From Candidatus Latescibacterota bacterium (lineage in GTDB: Bacteria; Latescibacterota; UBA2968): DNA of 64,000 bases. The DNA is taken from positions 2,240,001 through 2,304,000 of the forward strand of contig OZ241986.1 in NCBI GenBank assembly GCA_965204375.1, in the 5' to 3' direction. Position 1 is the first letter of the stretch. Each line of letters opens with the position of its first letter. Under the pieces are notes generated by a model. That model saw nothing but the letters and a program-made list of their open reading frames with translations, was not told the origin of the DNA and ran no database searches. Position numbers and translations under genes: made by a program. Shown one piece after another: positions 18,773 to 28,107 of this stretch.

Positions 18773-20995
18773 TTAAAAATTAAAATTAATTCCCAGCGTC
18801 GGTACTATAGGCAACATCTTGATCACATCTGGATCGAACTCATTAAAAATGACAAACCACTCATTGCGCCGATTAAATACGTTAAACACCTGGACGTAAA
18901 ATTCCCCATTCACCTCAAACGCACGAAACCGCATCTTCACATTTAAATCCAACCTCTGATAGGGCAACAAGCGAGCGCTGTTGCGATCCGAAGGAAGTAC
19001 CAGCCTTTCAGTTTGTCGGTGAGGCACTGCGGGTGAGCGCAATAAATAACGCGCAGATGCAGGCGTAAATGCCTGCCCCGTGCCATAGACATAATTCGCT
19101 CCAAATGACCACCTGCCCAGGCGATAATTGCTCACAAAAGACACATCGTGGCGTCGGTCGTATTTGGGGGGAAATGCCTTGCCCTGATTGAGTTCGGCAA
19201 ATGTGCGCCGCGTCCATCCCAGCGTATAACCTATCCATCCCGTCAATCGTCCCGTGCGACGCTGTAAAAAGACTTCGACACCAGTTGCATACCCGGTCCC
19301 CCCGCTCACAAACGTATCCTCTACGGTCTTCGCATCGATATCTGCGGCGATGCGATTGTCCAGTACAATCAGATTCGCCATATCGGTATAATAGGCTTCC
19401 ACAGTAGCCTGATACCGCTCGGAAGGTTCCCACTCCACACCTGCCACACCCTGCCAGGACCGTCCGGGCTTCACCGACTCATCCAGCGGCACCCAGTAAT
19501 CACCGCCGCTAAACAACTCGGTGGTCACCAGTTGCAAATACTGGTGAAATGAACCGCCAGCCGCCTTATAGCGCACATTTCCCTTCCGATAACTCATGGA
19601 TAAACGCGGCTCGACATGAAAGCGATCACCCGCGCTAAAATAACTGCTCCGCATGCCCAGACGAATATCTGTTGCAGAGCCGGGCTGCCAGTGATCCTGC
19701 ACATACGCCGATAGCAAATTGGGCTTCAGGCTCAGGTCGAATTGGCTTCCCCGGTTAAATTCCTGATAAAATTTAAAATCGTAATGGGTAGCCAAAAATC
19801 CACCACTCAAGGCGTGATCGTGCGCTGCAAACCAATCCACATCGCCTTTGATGGTAAAATCGGTAATACTGTTGGAAAGCAAAATGGGCGTATCGAGAAT
19901 ATTCAGCTCTATCTTACTGGCATAATTACTGCCCGCCACCACAAAATTGCCAAATAGCGCGGGCGAAAACACATGTGTCCATTTGCCCAGAAAAGCCGTA
20001 TTCCCCCACCGAATGCCGAAAAACGAATCCTCGTCAACATCAAAACTCAGATCATCTCGGCCAAAATACCCACTTATCTGCACTTTGTCATTATCCGAAA
20101 AATCCTGATTGAGCTTGGCATTTAAGTCGTAAAAATAATACGTGGGAACATCTGTGTCTTCATTCCGAATGAAAGACAATAGGGGATCGATATAAGTGCG
20201 CCGCCCCGACACCATCCACGACCCCTTTGGGGTTGGGCCTTCGAGTGTCAAACGCGCAGCAATAAGACTGACCCCCCCGCTGGCATCAAATCCCTTGCGA
20301 TTGCCATCCTTATTGTGTACATCGAGCACCGACCCCAAACGACCGCCGTATTTCGCGGGATAAGCCCCTTTGTGCAAACTCATATCCCGAATGGCATCGG
20401 GGTTAAACGTAGAAAAAAAACCAAATGCGTGCGATGGATTGTAAAGCGGCATTTGATCCAATAATATCAAGGTCTGATCTGGCCCACCACCGCGAATATA
20501 AAGCCCTGAACTGATATCCGACGCGGCCTGAATACCGGGCAAAAGGTGTAATGAGCGCAAAATATCCGCCTCACCAATAGCTGGCATCTCGCGGATTTTT
20601 GCCGTTTCGACCTCGACAAAACCCGGCTGAATGCGTTGCTCTTCCTCCTCTCGCTTGCCCTCCACCACGATCTCCTCCACGACTATTAGCTCGGGTTTGA
20701 GTTGCACATCGAGCCGCCTTGTTTCGCCCGTTCGAAAACTCAACGTATCCTGAAAACTGATATACCCGATATAAGAGATGGTCAACACATAGGGAATATC
20801 CTCAGGAACCCCTTGAATGGCGTAATATCCATTCACATTGCTCAGTGCACCAATGGGCCTGTCTGGCCCTTTTAACATTACGTTCGCATAGGGTAGCGAC
20901 TCGCCATTGCTCTGATCCGCAATAAACCCACTCAGCGTTGCCGCACGAACAGACAGCGGCAACAACATCAATAACAGCACCCACAAAAACTTCAT
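18773..20995 (-). CDS. TonB-dependent receptor with carboxypeptidase-regulatory-like N-domain
   Basis: Start moved to ATG 20995 (AAGGAG RBS; MKFLWVLL signal peptide). GEADILRSLHLLPG and IRGGGPDQ plug motifs, YGGRLGSVLD, C-terminal INFNF. Confidence 0.9.
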   Translation of the reverse strand: MKFLWVLLLMLLPLSVRAATLSGFIADQSNGESLPYANVMLKGPDRPIGALSNVNGYYAIQGVPEDIPYVLTISYIGYISFQDTLSFRTGETRRLDVQLKPELIVVEEIVVEGKREEEEQRIQPGFVEVETAKIREMPAIGEADILRSLHLLPGIQAASDISSGLYIRGGGPDQTLILLDQMPLYNPSHAFGFFSTFNPDAIRDMSLHKGAYPAKYGGRLGSVLDVHNKDGNRKGFDASGGVSLIAARLTLEGPTPKGSWMVSGRRTYIDPLLSFIRNEDTDVPTYYFYDLNAKLNQDFSDNDKVQISGYFGRDDLSFDVDEDSFFGIRWGNTAFLGKWTHVFSPALFGNFVVAGSNYASKIELNILDTPILLSNSITDFTIKGDVDWFAAHDHALSGGFLATHYDFKFYQEFNRGSQFDLSLKPNLLSAYVQDHWQPGSATDIRLGMRSSYFSAGDRFHVEPRLSMSYRKGNVRYKAAGGSFHQYLQLVTTELFSGGDYWVPLDESVKPGRSWQGVAGVEWEPSERYQATVEAYYTDMANLIVLDNRIAADIDAKTVEDTFVSGGTGYATGVEVFLQRRTGRLTGWIGYTLGWTRRTFAELNQGKAFPPKYDRRHDVSFVSNYRLGRWSFGANYVYGTGQAFTPASARYLLRSPAVPHRQTERLVLPSDRNSARLLPYQRLDLNVKMRFRAFEVNGEFYVQVFNVFNRRNEWFVIFNEFDPDVIKMLPIVPTLGINFNF

Positions 20996-21074
20996 TATTG
21001 CTCCTTCTAATAACTTGTGAAATACATATCGCGCAACCGTCCATAGTGTATAACACCTCTCGACGGTTATAGTG

Positions 21075-21536
21075 TCACCAGATACTCCTTTTTGTGGCAA
21101 CAACTTCCGACTCGCGCTGGGCAATTAACCGGATGCGCTCTTGAATGCGTGCGAGAATCAACCGCAACCGATCTCTATCGGCATCTGATAATCCGTTATT
21201 ACGCCAGGGATCATCACCACTTCTTTTTTGCTTGGTCATCTGCACATTGATCTCATAAGTAAAAAAATCCATCACAACCGAAATGCGCGTGCGCCGCGAA
21301 ACATCGAAAAAAGTCTGACTCGCATAACTCGACTCATGTCGCCAGCCCGTCGTGACCACACCGCCCACGGGATCAACCGTTTCTACCGTATAGCCTTCTT
21401 CGTGTAAAATAGTCACCGTGGCATTGGCAAATGCCACGGGAGAAATTTTTTCAACCGATCCCGAGATCGACACGGGATCAACCACATTGCAACCCAGCGC
21501 AAAACCCAATAAAAGAAGAATCGTAACGTATTTCAT
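21075..21536 (-). CDS. Hypothetical lipoprotein
   Basis: Start ATG 21536 (MKYVTILLLLGFALGC lipobox). The GVVTTGW segment resembles BamC-like small lipoproteins. Confidence 0.6.
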   Translation of the reverse strand: MKYVTILLLLGFALGCNVVDPVSISGSVEKISPVAFANATVTILHEEGYTVETVDPVGGVVTTGWRHESSYASQTFFDVSRRTRISVVMDFFTYEINVQMTKQKRSGDDPWRNNGLSDADRDRLRLILARIQERIRLIAQRESEVVATKRSIW

Positions 21537-21661
21537 ACTGTCCCCCTGGCTAAAAGTTTCAGGTTTTTCGGGAAGCGATAAAGACCAGCAACCGTTCACA
21601 ACGCTACTGTCTCCTGACTGCAACTTTTGTGCCAGATGGGATCAAACTGAAACAAAAAATC

Positions 21662-21688
21662 GTAACATAATTATTTTTAATATGTTAC
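21662..21688. promoter_or_regulatory. Operator-like palindrome GTAACATA-N11-TATGTTAC
   Basis: Perfect 8-bp inverted repeat in the AT-rich region upstream of the lipoprotein/TonB receptor genes. Confidence 0.4.
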
Positions 21689-21761
21689 AACAATTCTCCC
21701 AAATTATAATTCCAAAAAATAAATGTAGCAAAAATTCACACTGTGCGTCAATACCACAAAG

Positions 21762-21798
21762 AAAAAAGCCCCCTTTCTTTATGATTGGGGGCTTTTTT
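21762..21798. terminator. Rho-independent terminator (symmetric A/T tails) after the tRNA-MNT-HEPN unit
   Basis: AAAAAAGCCCCC...GGGGGCTTTTTT. Confidence 0.8.
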
Positions 21799-21800
21799 GA

Positions 21801-22259
21801 TCATTCCGATAAAACTAAAAACAATTCCACATCGGCTTGTACCGCATTCCAAACATCTCTCAAGCCCCACACAAGGTTTTGCATTTTATCCCACACCAGG
21901 ACAAATGTATAAGTATGCCTTGATACATGGCGAAAACCAAGATATGGCTGAAGGCGTTCTATGGTTGCTCGAGAGATGACAGGCATTCGAGACTCGGCTT
22001 TGCGTCCCATCTGAAGCAAAAGATCCTTGTGCCAGGATTCTCCCTCAGGAATTTGCCCATCAACTCGTTTGCCAATTGTCTGAAAAATATTTTCTACGCC
22101 ATTGTAGAAAGATTGCAATACGGCACCAAGGGCTGTATATTCTATCAGCGTTGGCGCAATTGAACGAGAAGACTCAATGAGATCATCGTATTCGGAGAGC
22201 AATTTTTCAATCTGTTGCAATTCACGCCGTACCAGAACTCGGGTCCGATCATCCAACAT
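21801..22259 (-). CDS. HEPN-domain RNase toxin (HepT-like)
   Basis: LQSFYNGVENIF, WHKDLL, RHVSRH (RX4H); overlaps the upstream MNT gene. Confidence 0.85.
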   Translation of the reverse strand: MLDDRTRVLVRRELQQIEKLLSEYDDLIESSRSIAPTLIEYTALGAVLQSFYNGVENIFQTIGKRVDGQIPEGESWHKDLLLQMGRKAESRMPVISRATIERLQPYLGFRHVSRHTYTFVLVWDKMQNLVWGLRDVWNAVQADVELFLVLSE

Positions 22260-22557
22260 GGATTAAAGTCGCTTCGCGTTCAAGAAAGGATGCCAGGTCG
22301 GCATCTGAATCCAGGTCTATAAGGTCTGTGGACCGTGTAAGCTCTAAGAGCAGCCTACCTTGCAGATTGTAAAATTTATCTGGTGGACATCCTCTGACTG
22401 CAAAATCGATATCAGACCGTTCAGTAACACGTCCTTCAGCAACAGATCCCAAGATATAGATAGATTTACATCCTTCGGACTTCAATATATCCACTCCTTT
22501 TTCAATATCTTGCATTATTGTATCTGACAACTCTGGAAGACTGTCAACAATTGCCAT
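22249..22557 (-). CDS. Minimal nucleotidyltransferase antitoxin (MntA-like)
   Basis: Start moved to ATG 22557 (GGAGG RBS); GS-X10-DID motif, DLIDLD. Confidence 0.85.
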   Translation of the reverse strand: MAIVDSLPELSDTIMQDIEKGVDILKSEGCKSIYILGSVAEGRVTERSDIDFAVRGCPPDKFYNLQGRLLLELTRSTDLIDLDSDADLASFLEREATLIHVG

Positions 22558-22586
22558 TCTGCCCTCCACCATTACCCATAAAATAA

Positions 22587-22662
22587 TGGAGCCATCCAGC
22601 GGATTCGAACCGCCGACCGCCTGATTACGAATCAGGTGCTCTACCAGCTGAGCTAGGATGGC
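22587..22662 (-). tRNA. tRNA-Thr(CGT)
   Basis: 76 nt: GCCATCC acceptor stem, TAGCTCAGCTGGTAGAGC D-arm, CCTGA-TTCGTAA-TCAGG anticodon arm, GGTTCGAATCC T-arm, encoded CCA. Confidence 0.97.
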
Positions 22663-22700
22663 TCTAAGATATAAAAAATTACTGTTCTCGTTCCATGCGA

Positions 22701-22729
22701 AAAATACACAAAGCATTAAAGGCTGTCAA
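22701..22729 (-). promoter_or_regulatory. Putative sigma70 promoter of tRNA-Thr
   Basis: Minus strand TTGACA-N17-TATTTT, ~40 nt upstream of the tRNA. Confidence 0.6.
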
Positions 22730-22754
22730 GAAGGAAGAAAAAAAGGAGGTACCA

Positions 22755-23537
22755 ATGAAATTTGTCGTCGCTGTCGATTGCGAAGGCGTAGCCTGTGGCG
22801 TGGGATCACCTGGCGCGTCATTGAACTCTTCTCGAAATTTAGAATTCGCCAAATTACAGGCCACGCGAGAAGCGGATGCGGCTGTCCGCGGATTATTTGC
22901 AGCCGGTGCAGAACAGGTCATTGTATGGGATAATCACGGCGGGAGCTTGAATCTGAATTACGATCTCCTGGACGAGCGATGCGATATTGCACTCGGCGTG
23001 GGATTTGAACACCGATTTCCCGGCATGGATGAATCATTTGATGGTGTGGCGTTTGTCGGTTATCACGCCATGGACAATACAACTGATGGCGTGATGTGTC
23101 ATACCTTCAGTTCCGCGACGTATCAATGGATCAAAATCAACGGACGGGAAGTTGGAGAGATGGCCATAGACGCGGCCGTTGCAGGAGAGCGAGGGGTACC
23201 AGTCATTTTTGCCTCAAGTGACGACAAGGGAACCGCGGAAGCCGAGTGTTTTTTCCCCGGCGTTGTCACAGTCACAACCAAGCAGGGGATGGGATGGAAT
23301 TGCGCGGTGAGCAAACACCCCAAACGGGTAGTAAATGAAATCTATGAAACGATTCAGAACGCCGTGGCCAAACGCAACGCCATAAAGCCCTTTGCATTTT
23401 CATCGCCACTCACTATGGAAGTGCGCTATAAACGGTTCGAATCCGCGCAGTCGGCCAGCCGCGGATTTTCCGGCGCAGAGCGCGTTGATCCCTATACTGT
23501 GAGGCGAACACTGCAATCCATCCAGGATTATTATTGA
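22755..23537 (+). CDS. M55 family metallopeptidase (DppA-like D-aminopeptidase)
   Basis: Start ATG 22755 (AGGAGG RBS); DCEG, DNHG, VGYHA, HTFS, GEMAI motifs. Confidence 0.88.
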   Translation: MKFVVAVDCEGVACGVGSPGASLNSSRNLEFAKLQATREADAAVRGLFAAGAEQVIVWDNHGGSLNLNYDLLDERCDIALGVGFEHRFPGMDESFDGVAFVGYHAMDNTTDGVMCHTFSSATYQWIKINGREVGEMAIDAAVAGERGVPVIFASSDDKGTAEAECFFPGVVTVTTKQGMGWNCAVSKHPKRVVNEIYETIQNAVAKRNAIKPFAFSSPLTMEVRYKRFESAQSASRGFSGAERVDPYTVRRTLQSIQDYY

Positions 23538-23563
23538 GAATATGCAAAAGCACAGGAGAAAAA

Positions 23564-25030
23564 ATGAAAATTCTGCTCGCAGCCTTCAAACAAGAAACAT
23601 CCAGCTTTAACCCGGCGCGCACGCCCTACGATATGTTCGACGTACTATTTGGTGATGAACTCCTCGCACTGCGGGGCAGCAATACCGAAATCGCCGGCGC
23701 GCTCGACATCTTTGCCGAACGCGCAGACATCGACTTAGTACCCATCTATTCGGCATCATCTGTATCCGGCGGGCCAGTCGCCGACGCGGACCTCGACAAG
23801 CTCATGGAAGAACTGCTCACAGGCATTCGCAACAACGCACCCGCAGACGGAATGCTCATGGTCTTTCACGGCGCAATGGCTGGCGAAACCGAAGTCGATC
23901 CCGAAGGACATGTCCTCACCGAAATCCGCAACATCCTGGGCGATGTGCCCATTGTCACCACCTTTGACCTGCACGGCATCATCACCGACCGCCTCATCGA
24001 ACAATCCGACATTATGGTTTCCTTTCACACGTATCCACACATCGACATGTACGAAACCGGGCAACGGGGAGCGCGCAACCTGCTCGCCCTTCTCGATGGC
24101 AATGTCAAACCCACCGTCGCCCACATTCGACTGCCCATGCTCGTGCGAGGCGACGAACTCATCACCAAAACCGGACGATTTGGTCAGGCCATCCATTGGT
24201 GTGGGGAAATAGAAAATTCCGAAGGAGGCCTGGGTAGCGGTGTCTATATCGGCAATCCTTTCACCGATGTACCCGACCTGCGCTCCAACGTCATTGTCTT
24301 TACCGACAACGACCCCGAACGCGCACAACGCGAAGCCAAACGCATCGCCCAATACATGTGGGATAATCGCGACCATTTCACCGCACCACTCACTGCGATT
24401 CCAGACGCCATACGTCTGGCAGAAGAAACCCGGGGTCTCACCGTCTTTTCCGACGCTGCCGATGCCACATCTTCGGGCGCATCAGGCGATAGCAACGCCA
24501 TTCTCAAGGGCCTATTTGAACACAATTATCAAGGCCGCGCACTCCTGCCCATTGTCGATCCCCCGGCTGTTGAAGCGGCCTTTCGCGCAGGTGTGGGCAC
24601 CACCATAACCATTCCCATTGGCGGTGCCATAGACAAAGCGCGTTTTTCCCCCATCGAATGCGAAGTCTATGTCCAACTCCTCACCGATGGGGCATATATT
24701 ACAGGCACGGGCACATCGGGACATGCGGGCAACACGGCTGTTCTCCAGGCCGGGACTTACAGCATCATGGCGACCACGCGCCCGGTAAGCATCATGGATC
24801 GCAAAGTCTTTGAAGCGCGCGGCCTCGACCCGCGAGACTTTGACCTGGTCGTGTGCAAATCGCCCAACGGCTTTCGAGTTCACTTCGAAGAAATAGCCGC
24901 CCGAATCGTACCTGTTGACGCACCCGGCTCCACCAGTGCCAACTTAAAATCCCTGCCCTTTACCGAATGCCAGCGCCCTATATACCCACTGGACGATGGC
25001 GTACAACCGCCACGAGAAATAGACGGATAG
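23564..25030 (+). CDS. M81 family metallopeptidase (MlrC-like)
   Basis: Start ATG 23564; QETSSF, HGAM, DPEG, DLHG, TYPHID, DAAD motifs. Confidence 0.88.
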   Translation: MKILLAAFKQETSSFNPARTPYDMFDVLFGDELLALRGSNTEIAGALDIFAERADIDLVPIYSASSVSGGPVADADLDKLMEELLTGIRNNAPADGMLMVFHGAMAGETEVDPEGHVLTEIRNILGDVPIVTTFDLHGIITDRLIEQSDIMVSFHTYPHIDMYETGQRGARNLLALLDGNVKPTVAHIRLPMLVRGDELITKTGRFGQAIHWCGEIENSEGGLGSGVYIGNPFTDVPDLRSNVIVFTDNDPERAQREAKRIAQYMWDNRDHFTAPLTAIPDAIRLAEETRGLTVFSDAADATSSGASGDSNAILKGLFEHNYQGRALLPIVDPPAVEAAFRAGVGTTITIPIGGAIDKARFSPIECEVYVQLLTDGAYITGTGTSGHAGNTAVLQAGTYSIMATTRPVSIMDRKVFEARGLDPRDFDLVVCKSPNGFRVHFEEIAARIVPVDAPGSTSANLKSLPFTECQRPIYPLDDGVQPPREIDG

Positions 25031-25031
25031 T

Positions 25032-26102
25032 ATGACACACCTGCTATGTCAAATCTGTGGAAAAACCCGTAGCGCCAACACCTTGCAGTGGCGCTGCACC
25101 TGCGGTGGTCTCTTTGACCTCCATTTTGAGGCCGCGCTCTTCGTTGACGCACTTCCCCACCGACCGACCACCCTGTGGCGCTACCGCGAAGCCATTCCCA
25201 TCAAAGACAACGCCCATATCGTCACCCTTGATGAAGGGTTCACACCACTGACACCCTTAACCATCGCCGGCAAATCCCTCCTCGTCAAACAGGACCACCT
25301 GTTTCCATCCGGCTCGTACAAAGACCGCGGCGCAACCGTTTTAATCAGCCATGCAAAAGCACTCGGCATTCACCACATGGTCGAAGATTCGTCGGGCAAT
25401 GCAGGTGCAGCCATCGCGGCTTACGCAGCGCGTGCGGGAATTGCCTGCGACATCTACGTTCCCGACAGCACATCAGCGGCAAAACTCGCGCAAATCCAGA
25501 GCTATGGCGCAAACCTGTACAAAATCCCGGGATCGCGGGAAGACACCGCACAGGCGGTTCAAGACGCCGCGCAAAAACACTTTTATGCAAGCCATGTCTG
25601 GAGTCCCTTCTTCTTTCACGGCACCAAAACATTTGCCTATGAAATCTGGGAACAACGCAATTTCAACGCGCCAGATACACTCATCATACCAACGGGAAAT
25701 GGAACATTGCTAATCGGTGCTTACATCGGATTCACGGACCTTCTCAAACAAAATTTGATCACCCACCTGCCCAAACTCATCGCCGTGCAATCCGCCCATT
25801 GCGCCCCTCTCACGCCCACCTGGACGGGCAAATCCTCTGCGACCATCGCCGAAGGCATCGCCATTGCAGAACCCGCCCGCGCAGCGCAGATCGTCCAGTA
25901 CATTGATAAAACAGGGGGCGACATCCTCACCGTTGACGACAACGAAACGCACAACGCCCAAAAACTAATGGCCGAAATGGGCTTTTACATCGAACCCACC
26001 TCGGCCACAGCCATTGCAGCGTTTGTGAAATACCCATCTCAAAAAGACGAAATCGTCGTCGCCCCCCTCACGGGACATGGTCTAAAGTCTTTGGGAAAGT
26101 AG
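25032..26102 (+). CDS. Threonine synthase-like PLP-dependent enzyme
   Basis: N-terminal CxxC...CxC, LWRY, EGFTPL, PSGSYKDRG (PLP lysine), EDSSGNAG, EPTSA, LTGHGLK. Confidence 0.85.
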   Translation: MTHLLCQICGKTRSANTLQWRCTCGGLFDLHFEAALFVDALPHRPTTLWRYREAIPIKDNAHIVTLDEGFTPLTPLTIAGKSLLVKQDHLFPSGSYKDRGATVLISHAKALGIHHMVEDSSGNAGAAIAAYAARAGIACDIYVPDSTSAAKLAQIQSYGANLYKIPGSREDTAQAVQDAAQKHFYASHVWSPFFFHGTKTFAYEIWEQRNFNAPDTLIIPTGNGTLLIGAYIGFTDLLKQNLITHLPKLIAVQSAHCAPLTPTWTGKSSATIAEGIAIAEPARAAQIVQYIDKTGGDILTVDDNETHNAQKLMAEMGFYIEPTSATAIAAFVKYPSQKDEIVVAPLTGHGLKSLGK

Positions 26103-26118
26103 AGGCTAAAGATCGGCC

Positions 26119-28071
26119 TCAGGAATAGCAGCTAACAAAGATGAGGAAATCAGCAAAATTAATATTGCCATCGCGATTCAAGTCCATACGACCGTCAAAG
26201 CCTTCGTCTGATAAACTTTTCCCATAAACCGCAACAAATAACAAAAAGTCGTCAAAATTCACTGCCCCATCGCCATTAAAATCGCACTGGACAAGAGGCG
26301 TATTATTCTTCGTGTTATTCACCAATATCACATTATCCAATATCTCGATGCCATTGCCCTCCAGACCGACTACGGAATGTTGAATTTTACAATTTTTCAA
26401 GGTCACGGAGCCGTAATTGCGGATGCCATACCAATCGCCGGCTTTTGGTCGAGATGAATGCTCAGTTATTTGCCCTTCAAATGCGATTTGCTGCCCTCCT
26501 GAAGCATCGGCATTTATCGTTCCGTAGTTCACAATATCGACTCGCGATATATCCTCTATATCGTGAATATCTATATTGGGATACGCACGGATCACCGTTC
26601 CTTCCTCAATCGTCAAGGTCGCGCCAGGATACACCACAATATCACCCATGAGGTCAATGGTATCTCGCCAGGTAACCGCTTGAAGAATGGGGTAGTGATG
26701 AAACTGGGTATGAGGAATCTTTTTACTGTCATAACTGCCGGTTTCAAATTTATTCCAGTTGCTTTTGTGAAACGGTCCCACAGGAGATTTATTTTGGACA
26801 ATCGCAGTTATCGGTAGCCAATCCAAAGGCGAATCCACTTCGAGTTCGCCCCATCTTACTTCGGCCCCCAACCAACTCATGTCTGCTGACAACCCCATAT
26901 TATGGGCGTTATCTCTATCGGGCGTGGGCAAAAGCACCAAATCATAATATTGTGCGAGATCGGGATTTGTGTTCTCATCAACCACAGTACTCAAGACAAT
27001 CCCACGGTTTGTCAGATGTTCCGTAAGATCAATAAACCATACGCTTCGGGGATAATCACCACCGGTTGGAAAACTGCCATGGGAACCTGCCCCTATATAG
27101 ACCACGGGATGCGTGCCACCTTCTGCCGGAGCAAATTCTTTCTGAGGATTGAATTTTCTGCCGCCCTTTTTTATATAACTTAACCTGTCACCGTGAAACG
27201 AGTAGTTCACGCCAAAAAGCTCCGCCTTAGCGGTATCGCGGTCTGTTATAATGACATCAATGAACGGCCAATCTCCTTCGTGGTTGTTTTTCCAATCATT
27301 AAAAGGATAAAAGTAATAATACCGTATTGTAAATTTGTCGTGATATGCGGGAACACTGCTCTCAATCTGAAAAATATGCGCGTATGCTGTATTCTTAAAA
27401 TGCGTTCCAGCGCGAGGATGAATAGTATTTTCATAATAGTGATACCAGTTTTCCTTGTCATCGCCTTTTTCCTTATTGCCGGGATAGTCAAAATGTGGAT
27501 CGAAAAAAAGAGCCGAATCTACCTGTGCTATTTCTGCTATCTCTATAGAACTTATCTTTGCAGAACCTTCCTCTATGGGATCTATTTGGATTGCTACCTG
27601 TACAGGACCTGCTTGGGCAGAACGGTTTTCTAACACTTTTAAGACGTCTAACAATATCGTATCCCGATAAATGAACTCTTTGGATAAAAAAGCAAATTCA
27701 TTTTTTGAAAAATCGACTTTGGGAAGCGAATTGAATTTGGGAAACGCTTTTATTACATCTGAATATTTGTAATTTCCGATATTCCCTTGACCGTATTTCC
27801 CTTCCGTTGTTCGGCCATAGACTTTCACTGAAAACCAAAGGTTAGCAGCGGATTTCGCGCCCATGATTTCTACGGGTTCAGGGAATATTACTCTGCGGCC
27901 TGGGTTCTCTGGTTCTTCTGCCAAAATCAAAATTGGAGAAAATTTCTCGGCGAGCAGTTCGTCTTGCGTTTTGCTATCGGCAAGACTCGAAAATACAAAG
28001 AACAATATCGTCGCTATCCCTATCCTGTAAGCCCCACCACGGAACAAGTTTTGTACAAATTGTAAATCCAT
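26119..28071 (-). CDS. Secreted protein with a Vps62/NPP1-like domain and C-terminal dockerin/EF-hand
   Basis: LAEKFSPIL, YYYFYPFND...NHEGDW, HPVVYIGAGSHG, W.G...WG; DFNGDGAVNFDDF and DLNRDGNINFADF repeats; AT-rich relative to neighbours. Confidence 0.6.
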   Translation of the reverse strand: MDLQFVQNLFRGGAYRIGIATILFFVFSSLADSKTQDELLAEKFSPILILAEEPENPGRRVIFPEPVEIMGAKSAANLWFSVKVYGRTTEGKYGQGNIGNYKYSDVIKAFPKFNSLPKVDFSKNEFAFLSKEFIYRDTILLDVLKVLENRSAQAGPVQVAIQIDPIEEGSAKISSIEIAEIAQVDSALFFDPHFDYPGNKEKGDDKENWYHYYENTIHPRAGTHFKNTAYAHIFQIESSVPAYHDKFTIRYYYFYPFNDWKNNHEGDWPFIDVIITDRDTAKAELFGVNYSFHGDRLSYIKKGGRKFNPQKEFAPAEGGTHPVVYIGAGSHGSFPTGGDYPRSVWFIDLTEHLTNRGIVLSTVVDENTNPDLAQYYDLVLLPTPDRDNAHNMGLSADMSWLGAEVRWGELEVDSPLDWLPITAIVQNKSPVGPFHKSNWNKFETGSYDSKKIPHTQFHHYPILQAVTWRDTIDLMGDIVVYPGATLTIEEGTVIRAYPNIDIHDIEDISRVDIVNYGTINADASGGQQIAFEGQITEHSSRPKAGDWYGIRNYGSVTLKNCKIQHSVVGLEGNGIEILDNVILVNNTKNNTPLVQCDFNGDGAVNFDDFLLFVAVYGKSLSDEGFDGRMDLNRDGNINFADFLIFVSCYS

Positions 28072-28107
28072 AATTCCATCTAAAAAATTACTAAGGCGGA
28101 TAAGCCG

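Noticed and set aside
22558-22716. N-terminal extension of the MNT ORF in the ORF track
   Set aside because: It runs through the tRNA-Thr gene; the RBS-supported start is 22557.
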